Positions 42,523 through 54,140 of a stretch of 64,000 nt of DNA are shown here, piece after piece (positions within the stretch are counted from its first letter, which is position 1; each line of letters begins with the position of its first letter). A program made the translations under genes and the position numbers. Under the pieces are notes generated by a model. It was not told where the DNA came from, made no database searches, and saw nothing but the letters and a program-made list of their open reading frames with translations. The DNA lies in assembly GCF_009914755.1 (NCBI RefSeq), contig NC_060927.1. One strand, written 5' to 3'. This DNA comes from the human T2T-CHM13v2.0 reference genome, Homo sapiens.

Positions 42523-45500
42523 GTTTTTTTTTAATTTAAAGATTCTGCTGCTGATACCATTCAAATCTATTGCATGCAGGTGTAACCAAGGAGGTTTACA
42601 TTGTTCAGTAAAAAATCTTGATCAATTTAACATTAAAAGATTTCATTTTGTTTTGAGAAGCAGGAGGGCTGTATCATTCATAAGTGCCTTTAAGTTGGTT
42701 TCCATGATGCTGTAGGGAACATCTCTAAATGATCCATCGTCAGTGATGGAAAGACTGTTAAGTCTGGGGCCTCACTATGACTCAGGATGGAAATGGAGTA
42801 GTGATGTTAGATAAGCTAACCCACCAAAAGCAAAGGAGCAAACAGCCTCGCCGATGGATGAAATAGGAGGCTCAAAGGTTGACATGCAGTAAATCATAAT
42901 GGAAGGAGTGAAAGAGCTGAAAAGGGAAATGATGACCAACTGAAATGAATACAGTAAGAAAGAAAATGCTTAGCAACTAATGAAGCTAAAAGTTAGCAAG
43001 GTATTATAAATATCCCCAAAGGCAAACTATTTTGCTTCCTTTTATCTACTTGAGTCTTCTAGAAAGATTATAATTTTAACCTTGTGTCTCTCAATGTTGT
43101 TAATTCTATAAATCTAAGGAGGGATGTGAGGCATGGTTTCATCTGGCTACAGGAAATTGCAGCTTCTTAAGGTCCAGAGATTTCTTTTTTTTTCTTTTGT
43201 ACCTGCCTTGGATACATTTACTATTTAAGTTCCACAAGAACAAGCCCAGAAATTAACCATTAATGGGGGGGGGGGGAAAAGTCAGCCATGAGTAAAAGGG
43301 CTTCAGCACTTTCAGAATGGGAGAAAAGCCTGGTGAAATAAGCCATTTGATTTTTCTAGTACAATGTATCTTCAGGCCAATTATGAGTAAAATACAGACA
43401 TATTTGTGTGCAAACTAGGAAACAGAACAAAACAGTCTTTATTTTCATGTGTTTCTTATGTTCCAAGAGAACCCTCTGCTTGCCCTATTCCGTGATTCAG
43501 TACTGGGCTTCTTCCAAAGAATCACCACAGAAGAACTGGCAAGCGGCAGCAGGTGACCGGCAGGGGATTTCTGGGACCTTTTTTTTGTTTGTTTGTTAAT
43601 GTAAAGAAGGCCCTTTTATTTAAACTCCTAGTGGGTACTAGGCATTGTGCAGTAACTACTGATTGTATCTGTAAATTCAAGAAAATGCAATGCAGTTTCG
43701 TTTTCTTGATGGCTGGTGGGAAGGTGATTGACAGAGGTGGAGCGCGGGCTTTGGAGGCAGACAGACCTGATTTCAATTCTATGTTTGCTGCTTGACTAGC
43801 TATGTGACTCTTTTCGGGTTTCTCAGCCCTTCTAAGCTTTGTTTTATTTTTTTTTTATTTTCATCATTCTGAAAAACTGTCATAATTATACCTCTCAGGA
43901 TGCTGTCTGGCACATAGTAGGTGCTCAACAACGTGAATTCCCTTTGTTCTTCCCTCCCCCTTACCCCACTTACAAAGTGACTAAATTGGACAGTTAGGGC
44001 ATAAAGTATGACCCATTCAACTCTTCAGTCTCATCTACAGTGTCTATATTTGTGTTTTAAATGACCTCTGCACAAGCTGATTCACCAAAATTTCTCTTCA
44101 CTCCCCCTCTCCCTAACTCCTGTCCTATAATCTGGCTTCCCCAAGAACTTTAAATCTGACACATATATTTATTTTATTTTTTTTAGATAATTTCTTCTTC
44201 CTGATAGGCTGGAAGTTCTGAGGAAGCTAGAGGCAGGCCTTCCTCATGTCACAGAAGCATGTTTCTAAATAAGGAAGAATAATAAGAACTAATTTGTGGT
44301 TACTAACCTTTGGTACAAGTACAGCCTGAAATAATTGTTCCAAAGACAGTTTGTTGATAGAGGGCCTAATTCCCTTCAAAACTATACAAAGTGGTTCTAA
44401 ATGTCAACTTACTTCGTGAGAGAAAGTTCTCGTTTTCTTTGGCACCTTGCTGAAGCTAATTGGGTTTCTTTGTGTTTTGAGCGATGTTATGTGACTTTTT
44501 TTTTTGCTAAAGACTCACTATGAGTTCTGCTATGCTCTTCTTCTTTTTTTTTTTTTTTCAAAAAGAAGGCACAGGTGTTAACGAAATTCATCTGGGAAGC
44601 GTTTTTCTAGTCTTCGGGGACAAATATGTTTTCATGTGGGCTATGTAATTTCTTGACTGCTAAATAAAGTCTGGGAGCCTCAGCATAATTTTTGCTGTTC
44701 TAGGAAAAATATTGTGTTCATTTCAGAAAAATAGAATCTATAGTGATTAAAGTACCATTATTTCTTTAGAACTACGTATTATAATATAATCTTTTGGGGC
44801 AGTTGAAAAACATAAATATGAGTATTCACTTTTTTCTTATTACGATTAGAAAGTTATCTAAATAATCACTCAAAAAACCCAATGTAATTAATTCGATGAG
44901 TTATAAATTCATAAAATCATGCCATACTTTACCCCTTCCCAAAGTACTACCGATGTAAAAGTAATCATTATGGATGTGTTCATTTTTCTACAAGGGATTT
45001 AATTTTTAAATTGCTCTTAAACACAAGAAAGTGATTCATAACCCTAGGGCATTAGTGGCTTCCTTACAGATGATACCATCTTGGATTTATTCACAGGAAG
45101 TAATCCTCTCGAGTGGCTCAAATGATTATTTTTATAGTTTTCCTTAAGAAATTCTCCCAGAATTCTTGGGAGATAGAAGTAGGGAAACTATTATCATTTT
45201 GCTGATAGGGAAGTCAAGGCTTAGAGATGTGTTCAAGGTCAAATAGAAAGTCATTGGCAGTGTCAGGAACTTGAATTTTAGCACCCTCACTTGTATTTCA
45301 GCTCTGCCTTATAGATCTTAATAACTTTCTGTACCTTTGGTTCTTTATCAGTTTAAGAGTTTTGCATTTTGGAGCCCTAGGAAAAATGGTAAAATCTAGA
45401 ATGCTTATAAAATAATACATTCTAAAACGAATTCACGATTATTTCTTTTCATCACTGCCTTTCAATATGAAGCAGTCTTAGGTCTGAATTCTATATCCCC

Positions 45501-47916
45501 TTTAGTGGTAACCACTTCATACAAGTTGCTTAGACTTCAATATGGGTTTCTAGAGTGTATTTTTTGGGCATAAGAATACCCTAGTGGATATATATATCTG
45601 TGTCCTCAATGAATGAGGTACCAAAGTAAATTATCTCCTAAGTTTCATGTGGCTGTAAAAATATTTAGTTAGTTTCTTTTCTCAGCTAACTTAAAAATTC
45701 ATGCAAACTGAATTTATGCAAATCCGTGTTTGTGGTTTGGCTGTGGTCAGCCTCAGGAAACAGAAATGCTGTATAACTGCCACATAGAATATAGTTTAAA
45801 CCTGAGGTTTTACGGAGCGACGCAACATGCACGGTGCCATCTCCAGTGATGCTTAACGGTGCATCCGGGATATGAAAAGATGACACTGCAAATTCCCACA
45901 AACATCATGCAGAATTCACGGTAAGTCAGTACATGTACGTCTAATCATAGTAATGTACATGATTTTTTTTGCAATCCCTTCTTTTCCTCTTTAATTTGAT
46001 AACTTGCATCTTAAAAGATGAGTAAGGTTTGAATGGTCACTGCATGAGCCAGTGAAAATCCTGGAAAAAAATTGCCTAAGGATCACCTTGATTCAATATA
46101 AGGAAACCACTAAAATGACATTTATAAAACTATGTAGCAATGTGGAAAAATGAGCGTAACATAATGTTACATAAAGAAGCAGGTACAAAATTGAATGCAC
46201 ACCGACTGCGACTATACAAAAAATTAAAATTATCTTGCAATTATGCAAAAGTGAGAGTATGCAAAATGAAGAGTTCTCAGGACCATGGGTGATACTTTCT
46301 CTCTTGTCCAAAATTTCTGGAGAAAGGTTTTATATATACATCATAAGCATAATGTAGCTGGGGAGAAGGGCCCCAAGGGTGATTGCCAGTAGTCTAGCAT
46401 TAACAGGTAAGGCTCAGGGAGGAAGGCTGGGGCGCTGCTTTTGGGAGGATCACAGAAGGAATCACAAGGAGCTGGGAGGGGCAGAGTCATGTCAGGTGAA
46501 AGTCTAAAGGGGTGGCTAAATATCAGCTCTCAGACCACTTCTGTAGATGGGCATGCAGTGACACTGGACATGTGCCAACAACTTGGGATAAACTAGCTCT
46601 ACTAAACAGATCAGCAGGAACTTCAGCCTGAGAAGAAAGGTCAGCTCCTGTAGGGCAGCTGGTGGAGTGACATTTTCAGAGCACAGAAATATACTCCCAT
46701 AACAGAAAGCTGCTCAACAAATACTGAAGTGACAGGCTTTCTGGTTTTGTGCCAGGTGTAGAATTTTTCAAATGTGGTGGGTACAGAGGTAATTCTAATG
46801 CAAAGTAAGGATTTAATTTATCATAAGTAGCACCTCAGACACAAGCACTTGAAACATATGTAGCAACCTCAATGCAATACATGGTTGTTATTGGTTATAT
46901 TACAGGGCCATCTGGTCACCTGGTCCTGGCCATTCAGTATTGTGTACTGCCCCAGTGGCCTCAGAATGGGCACGTATTTAAGGATTAGGCATCTGCTCTT
47001 TTTTGCAGCTTTGCTTTTGATTATGCATGTTTATGGCTATGTAGCCACACATTCTCCTTTTCTCTATTTCTTCTCTCTCTCCCTCTCACACACATACACA
47101 CACACATGCACACATATATACATACACACTCTCAAGAATACTTTTTTTTGGGAAGGAAAAAATATATTTTCCAGTTTCCCCATCTTAATGTATTTATGCT
47201 CTTCTTTATCATATATGGCATATCTTTCCTTTAAAAATAGGAAGGCTTTTTCAGATTTTACCATCTTATGTTATTTCCTAACAGTCAAAATTGCAAGAAA
47301 TTTCCTTAATAAGTGAGGGAGGTATGATGAAAGGAAGTTTTTAAACGTGAACTCACTTGACCCAGCACTGCCATGTACTGCCGCACAGGCTGTGTAGAGA
47401 GCATAGCCTTCTGGGGTTGTGCAACGCAGCAGCCCTGTGTAAAATTCCCTTTGCCCCATTGTGTATTGTAAAATGGGTATGATAGTAACCTACATGGTGA
47501 AGTTGTTGGGAGGATTAAATGAGTAATATACAAAAAGTCTTTGGAACAGAGTGTAGCACATACTAAATGCTATGTAAGTGTGTCTTGTTATCATTAGTCT
47601 TTTAATAAACGTGGTCTAAGACCAGAAGAGCTTAAGACAAATATCGGGTTAACAAGTTTCACCTCTTGGTCTCCCTCATTTATGCTTTCTTTTTGTTACA
47701 ATTTGTTTTACAGGACTGATTACTGAGTAGGTTCGCTTTAATGACGAGGCAGGAAAGGAATATTTGCAAGGTTAGGGACATTCAGATAAAGGATTTAAGA
47801 TACTTAACTTGTCTTTATTCTTCTTTGTAGGCCTAGAAAATCAAAATAAAAAATTAATGTCTTTATCAAAGTATAAATGATCCTTTCCTGACACCAAAAA
47901 TTGGAATAACATAAAC

Positions 47917-48246
47917 CAATGCTTCCTAGGAGCCACAGTGTGTACAGGATTCTTCTGCAGGGCTTGTTAAAACAGATTCCTGAGGCTGAGGCAGGAGAAT
48001 GGCGTGAACCCTAGAGGCGGAGCTTACAGTGAGCCGAGATCGCGCTACTGCATTCCAGCCTGGACGACAGAGCCAGACTCCATCTCAAAAAACAAAACAA
48101 AACAAACAAAAACAAAACCGAAAAAAAAAAATAAAAAAAACCAGATTCCTGGGCCCCACCTCCAGAGTCTGAAGCTCAGAGTATAAATTTCTAGCAAGCG
48201 CCAGGTGATGCTGATGCTGTGGTCCATGAACCACTCTTTGAGTAGA
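47917..48246 (-). mobile_element. MER5A interrupted by a 5'-truncated Alu
   Basis: gggcttgttaaaacagattcctg...gggccccacc...ggtgatgctgatgctgtggtcc...accactctttgagta. Confidence 0.7.
47982..48140 (+). mobile_element. 5'-truncated AluY-like right arm
   Basis: gaggctgaggcaggagaatggcgtgaacc... plus A-rich tail; TSD cagattcctg at 47973-47982 and 48142-48151. Confidence 0.9.
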
Positions 48247-50239
48247 CAGGTTCTAAAAAACATCTTTGGTAATTGTTCCCAAAGCCCACGTCTCCTCCTG
48301 GGAACACGTGGAGCACTGGAAAACCTTGTAACTTTTTCTGGACTATGATTAGGGAAGGAGGAAATAACGCACATCTTAGTTCTTAGAGTTCTGAGGCTCC
48401 CAAATGCTCCTGGGAGCCCTTGGTTCCAACTACTGCAGCACGGGCACTGTAACTGTCTGTTGACTGTAAGTCCAACCATACCGGCTTCTTAAAGGCCGTG
48501 ACTATGGTTATGTTATCTCTGTGTTCCAGCACCTAGCAAACACCTACCAAAAAATTAGGCTGTAAATAAGTTTGTGTAAAATAAGTAAAATAGATTAAAT
48601 CATTTCCATCAAAATAATGTATTTTTTCTTTTTTTTGAGATGGGAAATAATGTATTTTTTTCAAAAGCAGCATTCTATCTTCCTCCTGAAGTTATTTCAT
48701 AATAAAGAAAATGAAAAATTATTTTTTTTCATATAGCTTCTCTCAGGATCAGTATCAAAAAAATATGATTCCCTATTTAGTTCTCTCACCCCGAACACTG
48801 AGGCTAAATGTCACCAGCATTCCCTGACCTGGCTCTGCTGTTTCTCCACTGTTCCTCCTCACTCACCACATGGGAAGAACCACTGTGGCAGCAGAGCAGA
48901 ATAAGGACAAATTATTTTTTAGAACTATAGCAGGTATTACTGTACTCAGTGTAACTATGTGTTTTCCTCCAAAACTATGCCTAGAATATATATAGCAAAA
49001 TTGTTTACATAATAAATTTCTCCAAGTAATAGAGTCTCAGATTTTTCTGTTTCTCCATTTTCTGCCTCTTCTTTTCAAGAGCAGGCTTTATGTTTTGCTT
49101 ATTTTTTTTCTCATTTCTCCCTTATATTTGTAAAGCTGAAGAAGTCTGTCCATCTACAGAACCTAGGGGGACTTGCTCTTTCCCTCTTTGTTCTCTTACC
49201 ATTTGGATTCTCCAAGGGGCCAGCCTTGGTCAGAACTATGAGGAGGTCTCCTTCCTTGCAATCTATATCCTCTACTTCTAGCAGATATGCCAAAATATTT
49301 GTGATATATGTTATATTCTTACACATAGGCAGAAGGAAGAGCAAGAGCAAAGTGTGAAGGGAGGAAGAACATCAAACACTCGATGCTTCAAGGTGTTCAG
49401 TGTGAATGGGGCATGAAGTTGAGGGGGCATTAGATAAGCACAATGAGGTAGTTAGGGGCTGGATGACAATGGACAGCCTGCAAGCCCAGTGGAGGAGTTT
49501 GCATTTTATTTGGGAGACAGTGGGAAACATTAGTTCTCACTATGTATTGGGTGCTCACCAGTAAGCTAAGCAGTGTTGGGGTCCATGGGGTATTGCTACT
49601 GTTGTTCATAAAAGTCCTGATCCAAGGGTATGATTTTAACTCAAGTTCCTTGGAGTCTGGATGCAAAATTAAAATGGCTCATTCATCTAGACAAAAACAA
49701 GTTGCTTCCTTTTTTAAAAAATGCAAAGTTTACAAGGTTTTACATTTTTAGCTTAAAAATTTAACAATATCTAACCTGTTTATGAGCTCAATATGTTTTA
49801 TCTTGTAGTAAATGATTTGATTAATGAAGTCCATCAACTTATGCAACATAGCTCATTTTTTTCAGGGACTACTCCAATAGTTCATAAAATTTCATGTGTC
49901 AATTTTGGGGACACATTTAAAGTTTAAAGAGAGAAGCTGAGAATGCAGGGAAGTGATAACTGAACAACCCTTGACTGGAAGAAAACAACTTCTATGCTTA
50001 GTGTTTTTCTACAACAAAATTAGTTAATTATTCACAAATTATACAAATGAGATAATTTTGTTAGAAAACAAAGTGATGAATGAATGTTTTTTCTATTCAG
50101 AACATCCAGCACAAAGCCTGGATGGTACATTCTCTCACCATTTCTTTAATAAGTTACTTATTCATATATTTCAAGAATGAGATCATTTGGCCAAAAAATA
50201 CGATGAGGAATAAATAACAATTGTATTGAATGATCACTT

Positions 50240-50275
<36 letters not shown>
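50240..50275. repeat. (TG)n microsatellite
   Basis: Directly visible. Confidence 0.95.
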
Positions 50276-50277
<2 letters not shown>

Positions 50278-51058
50278 CCTAGATCACAAGACAGGAAGGA
50301 AGTGGTACCCATTTCAACTGGGGGTAAACCATGTGAAAAATTAAACCAAAAATGGAAATGACAGAATTCTAGAGTTGTTTTGGAGAAAAGGAAGAAAGCA
50401 ATGGAGCATAAAAAAAAAACAGGTTTGCAAGAACTGCATTTCTGTCAAACCTTATATATGCAGTGTCAGAATAAGAGACACGTTCCAGAGGCAGGGATCA
50501 GAGAGTGGTGCTGAGCAGAGAAGAAAAGACATGCACTGTAAAGTCTGGATGGAGAGAAGTAAAAGCGCAACCACAGAATGACAAGGTCGGGGCAATGGCA
50601 CAGCGTGGGCATCTCAGTCCAAAGTCGAAGAGAAAAAGGGAACTTTACTCTGTAAACTCTCCCTGTTGTTTAAATATGAAAATAAGAAAAATATTTTGTA
50701 TGGTCTTCCTGATCCTTTGTCATTTTTATTATAAGTGATAAAATTGAATTTATAACATAAATCATTGAGGGACAAATATTTCCACTCACAACTGGTTTTC
50801 AAAGCCCTTCTGACAATAGACGCTGATTCAATCAGTAATCACCGAGTTCACCTGCATGGTTCATTAGACAAAAGCACTGGCAGCTGACTTCAAAACGGAT
50901 GGGCCTGAAAGCTGAACTGTCGATACGGTTCACAATCACCATGGCCAGTTGAGGGGGAGATGATAAACTGAACCAGGTGGAGAGGCCCTGAGAGATGAGC
51001 TGTAGAAAAACCATCTGTGTCAACAGGGAGGAAACACTTTGTTAATCCCAGAGTAGTT

Positions 51059-51171
51059 TAGGAGATTTCAAAGTTTACTTTAAAAATCTTTAATATCTAT
51101 ACCCTGATGGATACTAGGAGATTTCAAAGTTTACTTTAAAAATCTTTAATATCTATACCCTGATGGATACT
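51059..51171. repeat. Perfect 56-bp tandem duplication
   Basis: taggagatttcaaagtttactttaaaaatctttaatatctataccctgatggatac occurs twice, head to tail. Confidence 0.95.
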
Positions 51172-53048
51172 GGGAAGATGTCACAAAGTTTGTGAGAACC
51201 ATTTTATGAAGAGTTAGGAGGTATCTAATATAAACATCTTTTTATAAAAATCTATCAGACAAATAGACTTTTAGCTGTGCACTTGAAATACACACTTTTC
51301 TCAAATGACTATTCTGGTTTGATTACTATGCTTATCTTACCAACATGGGACATTTGGAAGAAAGGAGAGGAAGTATCATAATTTAGAAAGGCAGTTACAG
51401 GAGTGGCTGAATGAACTCAAGACTAGAGGCTGCAGATCCCAAGTTCAAATATTGCCTGTGATGTGAAGTAACCTGGTGAACCCAGTCAAGTTACCTTTTT
51501 ACTCCAAGACTTGCTTAACTTATTTTGATTATAACAAGTAATATGATTAAGCTTCTTAGAACAATATCTTTTCATCAAAGTTTATCTATACACCTAAGTT
51601 GTTCCTTAAGTGCTATCACCATAAACATACACACTCCTTCCCCTATTAAGGTGACTAGAAATGGGTTCCATGGGATGGAATTTTTAATTTTTTAATCCAC
51701 TGGATTAGATTATCTTCTGAAATTCCTTCCAGATCTAATATTTACCGTTCTTATTTTGATCAGATGAACCTACTTAAAAATCAACAGCAAAAATAAATAA
51801 GTACGGCAACACTCCTTCCACAATAAAAGGCTGAATAGGTTTCTTTTCAATTTCTCTACCACATGGCTGAGTCTAATTTTAAGTACTACTGTCTCTGACT
51901 GTTACTTTCATATATCACATCATTTTTACACTCAACCTGTCAGCTCATGTCATTTCAATTATGCATTTGTTTTCTCACTGACTAAACATTGTGCCAGCAC
52001 TTCTCCCTATTAGATTAAAAAGAAAGAAAACATGGGCTATTTGAAAATGACTTAACAGCAATACATTTTTCCAGCTTGAAAGTCTAGTATTTTTCTTTTA
52101 TGCTGCATGTAATGAACATAGGCTGAATATTAATATCTTAAAGTAAAGATACCTGATAGCATTTCAGATATTTGTTGAACTTGAGATGGTGACTCATGAT
52201 GTCTCTCTTGGTGATTACAGTTTTTAACTGAGCCCTGTGAGTTAGTTGCATTACTGCTTGGAAAACTGGGGAAGATGGACTGGTAGAGGAGAGCTAGGTG
52301 TGTGCTTGTTACTCAACAATGCTAGAACCTTGTTTACTCACAGAGATAGGCTGGCAAGAGCAGAAGACAGTAAACACAGTCCTGCATAGGTAGAAACATC
52401 AGCAATGCCTCCTGCTCATAAATAACTGCCCTACTCATTTTATCAAATGGGGATTTTTTACATTTTAAATTGGCCAGTTTTCTTTGGAAGTACTTCAATT
52501 TCCCAAGGAACATAAGGCCAGCGTCAATGATAACTTAATGTCCATTAATTTAATCAGATCAACAACTAGGTTAGGTTAATTTTCAATGGGGAAAGTGTAA
52601 AATGGGAGAGAAACAGAGGAGAGCACATAGGACTCTTCCTGGATCTTAGAGACTCATGAATATAGCAAGTCATAAACTGGACCCCATGGGTTGTATACAC
52701 AGACTATTTTGTCTGATTATATACTGTTTAAAATTTTAAAAAAGATTATAAACATGTAAAAAAGCAGAGATTAATGCCTTTTTTGAAAAATTCCTATGTG
52801 TGGTGACACTGAGCCCATTTCCAACAAGGTGGCAATCCGCTGAAGCTGATACGTGCTGCCACCTCTACTGGGGCCAGCTCCCACCAAGTAGCCACTGACT
52901 CCCTCACTCCCTATGTTTCTTATGCACAGTCTACTAACCTCATTTCTGGACCTGGATGATTGGAAAAGGCATTTGCATCCATGACCCCAGACTAGACTTT
53001 ATTGTTTAAAATAATTATAATTCAATGTCCCCAAATTCCAAGGACATC

Positions 53049-53848
53049 TTTTTTTTTTAACTCTTAATTTAGGTTCAGGGGTACATGTACAGGTTTGTTA
53101 TATGGGTAAATTGCATGTCACGGGGATATGCTGTGCAGATTATTTCATTATCCATTAATTCATTATTTCATTATTCCTGTGAATAAACTTAATAATCAGG
53201 TAATAAACATATTACCTGATAGGCAGTTTTTTGGTCCTCACCCTTCTCCCACCCTCCACCTTCAAGCAGGCCCTGGCGTCTGTTGTTCCCATCTTAATGT
53301 CCATATGTAATTGATGTTTAGCTCCCACTTGTAAATGAGAACACGTGGTATTTCCTTTTCTGTTTCCTGGTTAGTTTGCTTAGGAAAATAACCTCCAGTT
53401 CCATCCACGTTGCTGCAAAGGACATGATCTTGTAAAAACCCGGGAAGATAACCTAGGAAATACTATTCTGGACATAGGATTGGGCAAAGAATTCATGACG
53501 AAGATGCCAAAAGCGATTGCAACAAAAACAAAAGTTGACAAATGGGACCTAATTAAACTAAAGAGCTTCTGCACAGCAAAAGAAACTGTCAACAGATTAA
53601 GCAGACAAGCCATAGAATGCGAGAAGATGCTTGCAAACTATGCATCTCACGAAGGTCTAATACCCAGAATCTTTAAGGCACTTAAACAAATTCACAAGCA
53701 AAAACCAAACTACTCCATTAAAAAGTGGGAAAAGGACATGAATAGACACTTTTTAAAAGAAGACATACACACAGTCAACAAGCATATGAAAAAATGCTCA
53801 ACATCACTAATCACTAGAGAAATGCATACCCAAACCACAATGAGATAA
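53049..53848 (-). mobile_element. 5'-inverted (twin-primed) L1, older L1PA/L1PB type
   Basis: Poly-T plus antisense 3' end (53049 to about 53430) joined to a plus-strand ORF2 segment (about 53431-53848); degenerate TSD caaggacatctt / caaggggatctt. Confidence 0.85.
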
Positions 53849-53914
53849 CAAGGGGATCTTACAGCTATTTAGTCTAACTATCTACCAACTACCACCATGC
53901 TTTCACCTCAGTAC

Positions 53915-54140
53915 CTGCCATTTATAAAGCACTTACCGCACGCTACGTACTTTGCTAGGCATTTATATACAAGAACTTATTTCTTTCTCCCAAAAACTTT
54001 ATGAAGTAGATATTTTCCTCATTTTATAGCAGAGCAGCCTGTGGCTCACAGAGCTGGTTAATTTTCCCAAACAGTTATGACATGGCCATAGCCTGTTTTC
54101 ACTCAGATTTGTGACTGTAAAGACCTTGCTCTTAACCACT
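53915..54140 (-). mobile_element. MIR SINE
   Basis: ttcctcattttatagcagag...ggctcacagag...tgctcttaaccactgtg. Confidence 0.6.
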
